NCBI RefSeq assembly: GCF_001194135.2
Contig: NC_068989.1
Span: forward strand, 38,702,082 to 38,741,958
Source of the DNA: Octopus bimaculoides
Taxonomy: Eukaryota
Direction of reading: 5' to 3'
DNA: 39,877 nt
Shown: positions 1-12,030 of the stretch, one piece after another
Layout: each line of letters begins with the position of its first letter
How positions within the stretch are numbered: the first letter of the stretch is position 1
The notes under the pieces: model-generated
The model's input: only the letters and a program-made list of their open reading frames with translations
Told to the model about the DNA's origin: nothing
The model's database searches: none
Translations under genes and position numbers: made by a program

Positions 1-574
1 TTTCTTCCCGCGATCCCTTTTGATCGAAATTATCCCCCCCCCCCAAGAAAAGCTCTACTTTGTAATTTGTCCATTTTCTGTATTTAGCCCTGTGTGGCTA
101 TAATAAAAAGATATCTCACATTACTTTGAAAGTCAGGAAATTGTGAAACCAGTTAAGTTAACATAAATAAATCTTCTTAAAGACTTCAAGTGTATTTTCA
201 ACTTCATTTCTTTATAATTCTAGTGGAATGAAAAAAGACTTATTATTTTCTATGAGTGTGTGTTTGTGTGTTATTAAGCATCGAGTTCATTTCTTGTACA
301 TTTATAGCATCATAGTACTCTATTTCACTGTATGCACTCTATGCTTATTTCTTTCAAGGGTACAAGGTGCAAATTTGATAGATGAGTTTATGTTATTAAC
401 CACAGAAGATGACTGGTACTTTGCACTTCTAGAAGCATAAAGAACATTATCTCAGTGGGATTCAGAATCAGAATGTAAAACCTTACAACTAATTATCTAA
501 TGGCATTCCACTTAGTGCTCAAATGTTTTGCCAATCTGGCATAAAATATTTCCTAAAGTAGAACACAATACCAA

Positions 575-715
575 AAATTCTTGAGGGGTGGGGACCAGTC
601 CCTAGAGTGATGAAAGGTAAAGGTGACTATGACAGTTCTTGAACTCAGAATATAAAGAAGTGAAATGAATACAGCAAAGTATTTTTCTGACTTTTGATGA
701 TTTTGCCAACCCACC
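575..715 (-). mobile_element. Decayed tRNA-derived SINE, family C, partial
   Basis: GATGAAAGGTAAAGGTGAC...TTGAACTCAGAATATAAAGA...TTTTGCCAAC resembles the better-preserved copy at 37261-37466. Confidence 0.55.
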
Positions 716-1396
716 ATCCATCTACTACATAATATACAGATTAAAAATATATAATTAAATAGTTCAAATATGATAAAAATAGAAAAGGCTATCAAGTACT
801 CGGATTGGTATAAGTGACATTTTGCCCTCTCTTAATTTGTGGTTCTGCACCAATATTAGAAACCCTTAATTTTATGGTTTTACATAAAATTGGTGGAAAT
901 GGTTAACTAGTAAGCAAAATTTTTATACTAACTACATTGACATCCCTGCTACCTTGTTACATTGATATAGTGGGGTCTTTGAGCCACTGGTGTTTTGACT
1001 GCATTGTGTTTCCTCAGTGAAAACTATTCTCAGATCAAGATCAGTTTCCTCTTCCTGTGGAAGCTGAAATATCAGACAATTCTAGTGTATTTTGTGACCT
1101 CTTTTCCAGATTTCTAAATGGTAAGATTCTGTCTGAAGATGTTTGAAGTAAATGTTCACTGAACTCTTTAGTTTCTCTAGAATAACTAGTCTTGTGTACT
1201 TCTACCTGTGTAAATTTTATTGCTTTAAAAAGAAAACCCAAAATAAAATAGAAATTTTCAACAATTTTTCTGTTTGGTTGTTTCGATATGCATTCACAAC
1301 CCTACTCCAACCCCAGACCATCCCCACCCCCCTTATAAATATCTGGTTTCATGCTTTCAAAGAAGTTGTTATTATTTTCCTGTCTGCTACTCTAAA

Positions 1397-1590
1397 ATGA
1401 AATGTAATGTTATTGTTATTATCACTACAATGATGACAATGTGTCATGATCACCATCATCTTCATCCTCATTGTGTCTAACACTATTGTCATTGCGAACA
1501 TCATCACAATCCTCATTAGCATATTAATCATCATTATAATAATATTTCTCATCTTCATCACAATCATCTTCATCATCATCATCATCATCT
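1397..1590. repeat. Degenerate (CAT)n/(ATC)n low-complexity tract
   Basis: Directly visible; explains the poly-Met/His ORFs here. Confidence 0.85.
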
Positions 1591-1704
1591 ACTTGCCTGA
1601 ATTTTTTTTATAATAGGATGCAATCTCAAAGGAACAATATTTCCTTTGTGATATCTTTCCTTTCCTTTCCTTTATTTGTTCACGAATATCCAAACATTTA
1701 AAGG

Positions 1705-1790
1705 AACAACATAACAGCAACAACAACAACAACACAACAACAACCAGAATAACAAGGAAAACAATAACAACACCAACAACATCTATAACC
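1705..1790. repeat. Degenerate (AAC)n tract
   Basis: CAACATAACAGCAACAACAACAAC... directly visible. Confidence 0.85.
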
Positions 1791-2101
1791 AAAGGAGAAA
1801 AACAAAAATAAAATGAGAGAATGTGTTTGTGGATGTGATTCTGCTATTTGATTAGTCAGGAAACTTGTAAAACTCTCATCTTTTGTTTGGTATGGTGCTA
1901 TAATATAAATGTTATACTATTATTGTATAAATGTTATAAATGTTATATTGTGTTAACATTGACTGTTGGCCAAATTTTCTTCTATTATCTCCTTAGCTGA
2001 ACGGCACTGTTGTTTGTTTCAATGATACAACAGCCAAGTTATGCTTGAACAGTTGGACATTTTGTTATAAATGTATGTATGCATCTATATAGCTATGTAT
2101 A

Positions 2102-2102
2102 T

Positions 2103-2181
<79 letters not shown>

Positions 2182-2205
2182 ACTGTCTGTCTATCTATCT
2201 ATCTA
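2102..2205. repeat. (TCTA)n microsatellite
   Basis: Long near-perfect TATC run. Confidence 0.95.
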
Positions 2206-3249
2206 TTTATCTTTGTAAGTGTGTGTTACAAAAGAAACTTTCTGGTGTTTAGAAGTACAAATTGCATTTACAAAACAAAACAAAATGGATATTTTGAGAA
2301 ATAATGGTGTTTTCAGATTTTTTATCACTTTTATAATCATTTTGTTTTGTCATAAATTGCCATCCATTTTCTTAATCAACCAATCAATAAAGAACAATGT
2401 TTATATCATAAAAGTCTTTTTATTAATTTAAAAACAAACAAACAAAAAACATGCTCATTCTTACACCACACTCAGCAACAATCTGAGATAAATAATTTTT
2501 TGATGTTATTTACTTCCATCTTCTCATACTGTCATGGGTTGAATAAGTTTACAAAGTTCTAGACTAGTGATAAATATATAGGTAGTTAGATAGACGAAGA
2601 AAGAACCCTAGTGACAGAATGAATATTTTGCCTTGATAAATACAATTTACTATATATGGTACATTCTTTTTTACTGCTTGTAACTCCCATGTATATATAT
2701 ATATATATATAAATTGTTATTAATCCAAACAAGTTGAGGAATAGAAGAGGAAATGAAGTTGAAATTGGAATTACTAAGAATTTAATTGTTTTAAAATTTA
2801 GGAATACACTTGACTGATTTCACAATAAATTTTCAAAAGAGTTATGTCACGAATTATGAAAAGAGAGAGAGAGAGAGAGGCAGAGCTATAGAAGATTATG
2901 AAAAGGACAAAATATAATAGTTTTGCTATTAGGCTCATGTTTTGTGAGAAGAATAGGGAAGTGGCTTAACATTTTGAGTATGGCCCTTTGTCTGAAAAAT
3001 GTATGGAAGAATAAAAGGTGAGAAGAGGTAAAAAAACAAAGTGAGAAACCAATTGTGATGAAGGAAAAATAATACTCATTTGAATCTAAAAGCTATCTGT
3101 CTGTCTGTCTACAATCTTGTTAAGGACATGCTAAACTTTCTCAGACTGGTTTCATTAAATATTGCATCCATTGCATTCTGTAAAGGGGTTGGTGTTAGAA
3201 GTAGTGTCCAGCTGCAGAACCTAAGTGAATAATGAAATGCATGAGCAAG

Positions 3250-4420
3250 ATATGGTCCTCTTACTCATCTAGGAGATAGGTGTCTCCAAATAAAAACTGA
3301 CTCGGGCTGTATTGATCCATGCAACATGTTGCAATATGGATAGCAGACGTGAAATGATGATGGTAATAAATATTATGCCACTAGATCTTAGGAATGTGAC
3401 CATCACACATTCACTGCCAATGTGCAGGTTCAGGACTAGAAGCTTCCAGTTTAACCAAAACCTGATCCTCTCATCCATTTTCTATCACTGTCGGGCTTTA
3501 AAAGAGTTGGTTGGAGGTAAAAGAATATCAGAGTAGGAGAAAGTGCTGATGGCATGAATTTATGGTTAACCTCAACTTGCCAGGAAGTGACCCACACATT
3601 TGATTTCATGGTGCATTCTATATCTTTGTTGTAGTATTCAGGTTTTACATCACCATTCACAGAGGGTTTTTTATTGTCACTCTCATAGAAAACCATAAGT
3701 CAAACTGACTTTACACAAGCTGCTCTCTAGCTATTGAGATGTTGCTTAAGATGTTATTTCTTTCATATGAATCATGTACAGACATCATTTATAAAAACAA
3801 TCATTGAATGGTTCTTATTTACCCAATACTTTCAACAATTTATCCTAGAAATTAAATGTATTTATGGAAACAAGAGCTTATTTCTCATTCCCAAAAACCT
3901 AAAGTATTTAGATCCTACCAGCTACCAGTCTATTTTCCTCACTTCTAATATCTCAAAAATGTCAAAGAACTTTATAAGTGACTGCTTTCTTTATATGGTT
4001 TCTTCAATGCCAGATTGACTGGGGCCAACTTTTCACAGTCCAGTGGTCTTTTGTTCCTCAAAATTTTAGAAAACTTCATGTTTTGCTTTTGATATCTGCA
4101 AAGCCTTCAATTGAGCTTAAAGTGAGAATCTCCTCTCAGAGCTGTCTTCTTATCAGCTTGCTCTTGTATTCTCTTGTATTATTGGAAACAAAAATTTCGA
4201 ATTAGATTGTTTCCATTAGATTGCTCTTCAGTCTATCAATTCAGATATCCCCTAATGTTCACTTATGTTCACAGAATTCTTCCTTTTCTATATATGTAGC
4301 TATTTGCAATTGCCTTTAAACACACACACACCTTTGTAGAATCGTCTTTCTTTAACTGTGCAGACATAAATATCAATTAATTGTCAAGAATCCTCAACTT
4401 CAAAGAGAACAAGCACAAAA
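3250..4420 (+). mobile_element. Heavily decayed CR1/L2/Jockey-group LINE ORF2 (end of endonuclease region plus RT)
   Basis: Plus-strand frames give SLFLIPKNLKYLDPTSYQSIFLTSNISK (like PIPKKGDxSxPxNYRPIALTSxxSK), AFDICKAFN (like LDISKAFD) and SINSDIP*CSLMFTEFFLFYI (like INSGVPQGSVLSPTLFLLFI). Many stops. Confidence 0.55.
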
Positions 4421-6019
4421 GAATCCACCATGGGATCCTAGCAGCTTAATGTCCTTCAACAACACCAATATGTATTCAATACATATGCAAAAACAAAATT
4501 AGATGCTCACTATGCATGTGCAATACAAAACGAGTCTGTGAACAATAGTTACTTATCTTTCATGGAAACCATTCATAGACTAATATTGCATCCTAAAAGA
4601 TTTTACAACAAGAAACTATTTTAGCTTTGAACAGTTGCTGACTTTCTAAAGGTCTGAGTGCATCTTTCAGTAAAGTACTGGTTAGATATTTGGTACAGTA
4701 TAACAGCTACATATGCAAAAAGTTACTAATATACAATGAATAAAGGAATCTCTATAGGGTCTCTGAGATTGTAAGAAATAACACATATTTGAACTGCACT
4801 TCTATAAACAAAGGAAAGAAACATTAGGTAATGTAGTACTAGGTACTGCAGAATAGATGGAATGGTCTTAGCTGGAATGTTTTTGATCATAAGTCTGCTA
4901 CATTAGTGTTGACCTCAGCTAAACAACAATATCTGTCATTACAACTAATTGCCAAGACTTCATTAGCCATTTGATTACAACTGCTATTTTATCAATGTTC
5001 CATATTTTTCTTTTCCTTCTCACACCTATATTACATTGGCTTTTCCTTTCCTTCTCACTTACAGCTATATTACATTGGCTTTCCCACTTCTAAGAACTTG
5101 TCAACTGTACATTGTCCCAGTCTAAATCTCTCTACTTCTCCTCTTCACTAATTCTCTTACCCAAGGTCTGTAATTTCCTGAAGATTTCTTCTTCTTCACA
5201 TGTTTTCCTAAAATAGTGAAATGGAACCATGCACCTCTTGATTGTGATGTGAACTTCTCAACCACTTGACTATGCTTATACCCACATCAGCCCACCAATT
5301 CATACATCCATACATACACAGGCATATAACGGATTCTTTCATTATTATCATCATAGTTACTAACCCTATCATTTTCATTATCGTCTTAAGTTATCCTTGC
5401 CATCTTCATCACAAACATAATTGCGATAATTATCATCATCATTATCATCAACAGTTTAATGGCTGTTGCCACCAACACAAACACTCCATCTGTCACCCAC
5501 ACTCTCTACACCACCTTCCACTCCCCCTTCTCCCCGCACACTCAATTTTACAGATACAATAAAACAAAATCAAAAAATATATAGAATATAAACAAAATTT
5601 TAAATGCCATTAAATATAAATGTATCTCCATATTTCTTTTAACATGAACATGTTCTATGAATATATGCAAACTATTTTCATGAAGAGTAGTCAATTAACT
5701 GACTTTCTGAAAAAAAAATGTGTTGGGTGGAGGAGAATGGAGAGTGGGAATAGAAGAAAATGAAGGAGCCTTCTTTTGTTTGCACCATGTTTCTAATAAT
5801 TAAGTTGGAGATAAAGGTTTTCTGCAAGGCTTGAATCTTGGAGAAAACTACTGTGCTCCCAATTTATTTGGCTGTTCTATAGCATCATATTAAAAGATGC
5901 ATCCAATTATCATTGGTATTGCTGTTATAATTATTAACTTGTTACTGCTTATAAATCATTTGAAAGACTTTGAAAATTACAAAAATAGGCAGATTCATTC
6001 ACATATTTCTGTAAGAATC

Positions 6020-6605
6020 TTAAGCGTGTGTGTGTGTGTGTGTTTCAGTGTGCTTGTTTATATATGTTTAAGTATGTGTGTCTTTGTGTCTTTATGTGTA
6101 TGGATGCGCTTATCTATGCTTGTATTGCTTATCTGTGTATGTGTGTTTCAGTATGCTTGGTTATATATGCTTAACTATGTCTTTGTGCCTTTATGTGTAT
6201 GGACCTGCTCATGTATGTTTGTATTATTTATTTGTGTGTATGTGCATATCCTTGTGTCTGTGAGTACAAGCTTGTTTATGTATGACTGTGTGTATGCATG
6301 TGCTTGTTTTTAAGTGTGTATATTATTATCTATGTGTGCTGCCTTTGTGTATATGATTATCTATGTATGCTAGTTCCTGTGTGTATATGATTATTTGAAT
6401 GTATATTTGAAATTGTCTTTGTGTCTGTGGGTGTGTTTTGTGTCGGTAGGTGCTTGTTTCTCTGTGTCTGTATTATATTTGTGTGGGTGTAAGGTTATGG
6501 TGATTCTTTCCATGTGTGTGTGTGTGTGTGTGTGTGTCTGTGTCTGTGCTTAATTCAATGTATCTGTTGCTTGCTTGTGGGTATCCATGTGTGTGTGCAT
6601 GGGTG
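6020..6605. repeat. Degenerate (TG)n tract containing a ~100-bp tandem duplication
   Basis: GTGTGTTTCAGT.TGCTTG.TTATATATG.TTAA... occurs at ~6037 and ~6141. Confidence 0.8.
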
Positions 6606-6708
6606 TACTTGTCTTTTTTATTGTAGTATTGCTGCATGCTGATATCTTATATTGTATTCCATTCCTGGTATTTGACTCTCTCCTTCAATAAGTAATTTAT
6701 CCAATAGT

Positions 6709-6848
6709 TTCCTGTGTAGCCTGTCTCTCAACCTACTTCCTGTGTAGCCAATCTTGCAACATACTTCCTTTATAACGAGTCTCACAATCTACTTCCTATA
6801 TAGCCACTCTAAGATACTTCTTCCTTTATACTCAACCTAACAACCTAT
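6709..6848. repeat. 28-bp minisatellite, 5 diverged copies
   Basis: TTCCT starts at 6709, 6737, 6765, 6793 and 6821; unit approximately TTCCTGTGTAGCCAATCTCTCAACCTAC. Confidence 0.85.
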
Positions 6849-7131
6849 TTGTACTTTCCAATGTATCATATTTTACTGGTTGGACCTGTGAAAACTTGAT
6901 GGAAAACATAAAAAATGTAAGCATTTGTAAATTGTGAGCTGGTGCCATGAGAAATCTTTCTATATTGTGACACTTACAGAATATAGAAAGAAGTGTAAAA
7001 CCGATAACTATATAATCCAACCAAAATATCTCAGTTATGCAAACATAAACAGAATAACTATTTAGCCTTAAGATACATTGTACATATTCAAAGAACATTC
7101 TTGGTTTAGTAGTACAGAAGGTTCTTCTGGT

Positions 7132-7454
7132 ATTCTTTTATTCTTTTACTTGTTTCAGTCACTTGACTGTTGCCATTCTGGAGCACTGCCCTTTAGTGGA
7201 AGCAATAAACTCCTGGATTTATTCCCTGTAAGCCAGGTGCTTATTCTGTCAGTCTCTTCTGCTGAACTGCCAAGTTATGGGGATGCAAACACACCAACAT
7301 TGGTTGTCAAGTGATGGTGGGGAGGGGACACAATCACAGACACAAACACACACACACACACACACACACACATGATGGGCTTCTTTCAGTTTCTGTCTAC
7401 CAAATCATCCACTCACAAGGTTTTGGTTGGCCTGAGGCTATAGTAGAAGACACT
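7132..7454 (-). mobile_element. tRNA-derived SINE, family A, lacking the 5' head
   Basis: Reverse complement contains GTGTCTTCTACTATAGCC...GATTTGGTAGACAGAAACTGAAAGAAGCCC, an internal (TG)n and the tail GACTGAAACAAGTAAAAGAATAAAAGA; homologous to 23181-23550. Confidence 0.85.
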
Positions 7455-7971
7455 CAATAAAGTATTGAGGTGAATTTCGTGTAGGCACCTGTTGGTAACT
7501 TTTCTCTCCCACCCATTTTGTAGGGGCTATTACCCATTTTTCTGGGCTCTTTTCACAGTTATATCCTGTTCAAAATTTGCATTAGGTTTTGTTTGAAAAA
7601 AAAGGAAGGGAGGGAGGGGCTTGTTTGTAGTTTGTAGAAAAAATGTTAAACATGCCTGAAAAACAATGTGGTCTTCCCCACCAACTAAAAGACATGAAGA
7701 ACTATAAAAAAAAGTGAATAAGTACTGGAGGGTGGTGCAAAGAAGAGAGAACTAACACTGGATCCTTCTAGAACTCCCAGAATAGAAACCTAAACACCTG
7801 AAAGACTTTCCCTCTATTCATTACTCAATCTCTTTCCCTCTTCTTCATTGTTAAAAGTAAAGAAGCTAGAAAAGATTGATCATATTTCAGTCTAATTGTC
7901 ATTTTAAATGACTGAGACTTTCCTTTCTCTTTCTCTATCACTTCACTCCTTTTCTCTACGGTTAAGAGAGT

Positions 7972-8294
7972 GAAGGTGCATGGCCCAATGGTTAGGGGTA
8001 TTCAGCCCACAATTGTAAGGTTATGAGCATAATTTCCAGTGGTGTGCTGTGTTCTTGAACAAGGCACTCTACTTCACCTTGCTGCATTCCACTCAGCTGG
8101 CAAAAATGAGTTGTAGCTGTAATTCAAAGGAGCCTGCCTTGTCACATTCTGTGTGAGGCTGAATCTCCCTGAGAACTACCTTATGGTATGCATGTCTGTG
8201 GAGTACTCAGTCACTTGTGTGTTAATTTTATGATCAACACTGTTCCATTGATCAGATAAACAAGAACCTTGTTGTCGTAACTGATGGAGTGCCA
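7972..8294 (+). mobile_element. tRNA-derived SINE, family B, full length
   Basis: Head with A-box-like TGGCCCAATGGTTAG, central GTGTTCTTGAACAAGGCACT...CCACTCAGCTGGCAAAAATGAGTT and tail GTCGTAACTGATGGAGTGCCA. Confidence 0.8.
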
Positions 8295-8394
8295 TTTTTA
8301 AAAAAGACTGAATGAAAAGGAAATGTTCCATATTGTAAGGCAAAAATGTCAAATGTTTAGTATAAGCAGTGAAAGTTAAGATGAAATAATTGCT

Positions 8395-8550
8395 ATTCCA
8401 TCATGCAGTGACTTCGTCCTTGACTTGTGTTCGGTTTGATAACAATAGCCTGCACATTGGTGTTTATCTGGGGGCTTGCCTCCAAGTCTGTGAGACCTAC
8501 AAATGCTGCTGTTAGGACCGGATTAACACCCATAATGATCCTAATGACTA
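8395..8550 (+). mobile_element. Probable CRE-clade (restriction-like endonuclease) non-LTR retrotransposon fragment
   Basis: One plus frame reads HHAVTSSLTCVRFDNNSLHIGVYLGACLQVCETYKCCC*DRINTHND, resembling the recalled motif HAVPSSSLGTxLDxxSLRIxVxLRLGxxICEPHxCxCGxxVDxxG before the RLE zinc knuckle. Confidence 0.45.
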
Positions 8551-8610
8551 AAAAAAATTTCCTGCCCCTGTATTTGATCTTTTTTTCGTTTTCTTCCAAC
8601 CAGTTGAAGG

Positions 8611-8768
8611 TTTATCTTGCTCCAGTCCACTCAGCTGGCCAAAATGAGTTGTAGCTGCAATTCAAAGGGGCAGTCTTGTCACATTCTGTGTGAGACTGAA
8701 TCTCCCTGACAAGTACATTAATGGTATGCATGTCTGTGGAGTACTCAACCATTTGCGTGTTAATTTTA
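8611..8768 (+). mobile_element. SINE family B, internal partial copy
   Basis: CCACTCAGCTGGCCAAAATGAGTTGTAGCTG...GTCTGTGGAGTACTCA is near-identical to ~8090-8230. Confidence 0.85.
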
Positions 8769-9374
8769 TCCTTTTGTGGTAATGAAAAATGACATCCAAT
8801 ATTTGCTTTAGTTATTTTTCTTTGATTTAACAATGTGTTTATGTATCTATGTATCTACTTTTCTTCCGGTGTATTATCAGTCTACTCTGAAAATACTGAT
8901 AAGCATTTAAAAACACAAAACGAATGTCACCTCCCTTTCTGTCACCACTCACTGTCTCTCTCTCTCTCTGCCTCACTTCATCTCTGTCCCTCCTCTCTCT
9001 CACTTTGCCACTCACTTTAACTATACCTCCTCTGCTTAACACCTTTTATTTCTCTTTTTCTTTGTACCTCTTCCTTCATCCTTTTTACCTCTTGCTTTGA
9101 ATAAGTGTGACACACACCACAAGTATGTACGTAAAAAAACCAAAGTTAGCATATTATTATTATTGATACTTATCCCCTCAAAATACTGAATTATTTTGGA
9201 AATTTATTAAAACACAGACTCAGTGTAAGAAATTAACTCATAAAAATGTTACATTTTGCTAGTATGATTCATTAATGAGTATAAATTTGTCCCACTGAAT
9301 ATTGGAGATACCATCTCTTCTTAAAATTCTGAAGTTTCTCTAACATTTCATTCTATTGAGATTCAATGAGCTCC

Positions 9375-9560
9375 ACCACCACCACCACCATCATCATCAT
9401 CTTCATTTTATGGTAGTTTTTCTAATCTAGCATAGGTTGGGCAAGAATTAAGCTTTAGAACCTTTTGCTAGATGGTTATACATTATTTCTGTTGTGTTAC
9501 ATTCTGGAATAAAGCACAGATACCCTCTCATTTTACATGGTTTTTATATAGCAAAAAAAA
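9375..9560 (-). mobile_element. Decayed RTE-tail non-autonomous element, family D
   Basis: (CAT)n followed by TTTTCTAATCTAGCATAGGTTGG, as in the copy at 31510. Confidence 0.45.
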
Positions 9561-10577
9561 ACAAGAAATTGGATTTGTCAGAGTATAAAGTTAAAGTATC
9601 TTAATTACAGAGCAGTTATATAAGTGGTTTACATTTCTGAGATTGATACTTCTGTAATAAAAGAAGATATAGACTTTTAACAAGGGTGTATATTCAAAGT
9701 GTGTTATGTATAACAAAGAAGTGTTACTAATTCAACTTGTTTTAGAATTTCTATTTTAAATGTTCTGAGTATTTATAAACATAGAAATTTCAGTCTTTCA
9801 GACATACAACATTTATTTTATAACAGAACAGTAGTTTGGTTTACTTTAGTATACTACTCAACACAGCTTGTTTCCATGCTTGCTGATTTCTTTGTGAAAA
9901 ACACCTTTGTAGAAAATCATTGGAGTAAATAGTTTGAGTAAAATAAATTTGTTTAACAGATTTATGATGACATCCATTGATCTGGTGGCCTTATAGCAAA
10001 TTACTGATACGATTGGAAATTGATATGTTGCAAAGTGGTTTACAGTTCTAGGATAAAGATATTGATGTAATCTGAAGAAGATTAGTAGTATGTAGTTGTT
10101 GCATAAGTAGCTGCAGCTGATACAATAAACCTCTGAAAAAAGATATCCTACTGACTGGCAGATCACTCATCAAAGCACCACGGCTACTAGTACACAAATA
10201 TCTTTATCCTTACATACTACATTTATATGGTTTGTACTCTTCCCATTAATAAAGAAGCTGTGAACTATCTCCTAAATGTATTCATTTCACATGTTTCATC
10301 AACTCCACCACTTCTCAATATTTTAATGGCTGAGGCCACAAACCCTGCTAGTTACTCCTTTTCTCCTCTTTGATTACCCAAGCTACAAACCCTGCCCTAT
10401 ACACTTTACACAGTCATTTCAATCCAAATCTTTGGTTTCTATACAAATCCTTCCCAGCTCTCATTTCCCCATAGGAAGAAATCTACACAAGTTCATAGTG
10501 AACATTAGCCATATTAAATGCACCAAAATAGAAAGTTAGCAAACATGATCATTTTTGTCTCCTCCATCTAAATAATC

Positions 10578-10582
<5 letters not shown>

Positions 10583-10628
<46 letters not shown>

Positions 10629-10634
10629 CATACA

Positions 10635-10670
<36 letters not shown>
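10583..10670. repeat. (TG)n + (TA)n compound microsatellite
   Basis: Directly visible. Confidence 0.95.
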
Positions 10671-10671
<1 letters not shown>

Positions 10672-11555
10672 GAGGATGTACTCAAAAGTAACCAGAAACG
10701 TTCTTGGTGAAACAAGCCCATTATAGTTCAGGCTCCTGTCATTAAAAGCCACTTGATGTGAACCTCAGGCATCAGTCTGCTGACCAGCATCAATAAGTGA
10801 GGTCATACTGCCATGTAGTGAATCTTTGTGTTGCAGTGCTTCTCCTCTGTTCATCGATTTTTGTGATGGCTGAAACAAAGGAACAGTGTGCTTCTGTGAA
10901 ACTGTTTTCTGCTGGAGAAAATGACTGCTGAAACAGATGTCATGCTTCAAACAGCTTGCAAGGATGCTACCATGAGCAAAAGACAAGTTTATGAGAGGTT
11001 TCTATTCATTTGGAATGGTCACTTGTTGCTTGAAGACCAACCTTGTTTAGGGCTACTATCAACCTCCAGAATAGATGAAAACATCACAAAAATTATGGAC
11101 TGATCTTGGAGGACCATGACTGAAAGGTTGATGAACTTGTTGATATGACTGGTGTCTCCTGCCAATGAATTTTGATTGTGGAATTGCGAATGAAAAGAGT
11201 TGCAGCAAAATTTGTGCCTCGCTTGCTCACAGACGATCAAAAGCAGTCATGACTGAATGCATGTTGTGAACTGAAAGAACAGTTGTAAATTGATCTGGAT
11301 CTTTTTTTTGAAGGTCATGACTGACAACAAATGCTGGTGCGACAGAATATGCAGGTGTCGAAGTGGTGAAGAAAAAACAGCAGAGGCCTTAAAAAGCATC
11401 ACTTTGCAAGAGTTAGTTCCAGCACTGCTTTGAATAGTGGAAAATGTGCCTGGACCAGTGCATTGCTTCAAACGGAGAATACTTTGAAGGCGATAAAAAT
11501 GAAAATATGTAAAAAATAATATTGCAAAATTCCTGTTTCTTTTGGGTATTCCCTC

Positions 11556-11557
<2 letters not shown>
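10670..11557 (+). mobile_element. Mariner element with both TIRs, internally deleted and non-autonomous
   Basis: Left TIR ATGAGGATGTACTCAAAAGTAACCAGAA; right TIR reverse complement ATGAGGGAATACCCAAAAGAAACAGGAA; (TA)n on both sides. Relic transposase: MAETKEQCASVK...MLQTACKDATMSKRQVYE...MKRVAAKFVPRLLTDDQK...KVMTD, then a jump to ...CIASNGEYFEGDK. Confidence 0.9.
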
Positions 11558-11599
<42 letters not shown>

Positions 11600-11839
11600 T
11601 ATATGGGTGGGATTTTCCATTTGGATGTCTTTCTATCACAAAATTTATCTGTTTGTAAATATAATGAGTATTTATTCTGCTGATCTCTCTAAAGTACAGA
11701 GCAGCTTAATGCATTGTTCACAGGGAATTAAACATCGCCTTTTGCTCAGGCAGTCATGGAATGATAACAATCACAAATGGTACATGAATAGGTATATGCA
11801 TACATACAGACATACATGTTTGTGTATATATATTTTGTG

Positions 11840-12030
11840 AGTCAGATGGCAACCTCATTAGTCCTGGTGGCATGTAAAAAGCACCCAATACACTCTATAA
11901 AATAGTAGGCTTTAGGAAGGGTACCCAACTGTAGAATCTACATCGAAGTGGATATCGCAGTTCTCCCAGTCATTAAATTGTGTCATACCATCCACCCCAT
12001 GCAGCATAGATGACAGACATTAATTGATGA
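11840..12030 (+). mobile_element. RTE-tail non-autonomous element, family D
   Basis: GGTGGCATGTAAAAAGCACCCAATACACTC...AGGAAGGG...CCATGCAGCATAG...CATTAATTGATGAT. Confidence 0.7.

Noticed and set aside
4201-4236. Minus-strand CTGAAGA...GAAA
   Set aside because: No stem II closure or valid cleavage triplet; lies in decayed LINE RT sequence.
8393-8654. ORFs 8393-8599 (-) and 8427-8654 (+) as small membrane proteins
   Set aside because: Better explained as alternative frames of a retrotransposon relic running into a SINE.
9880-10190. Coding-like composition
   Set aside because: Multiple stops in all plus frames and no recognisable motif.
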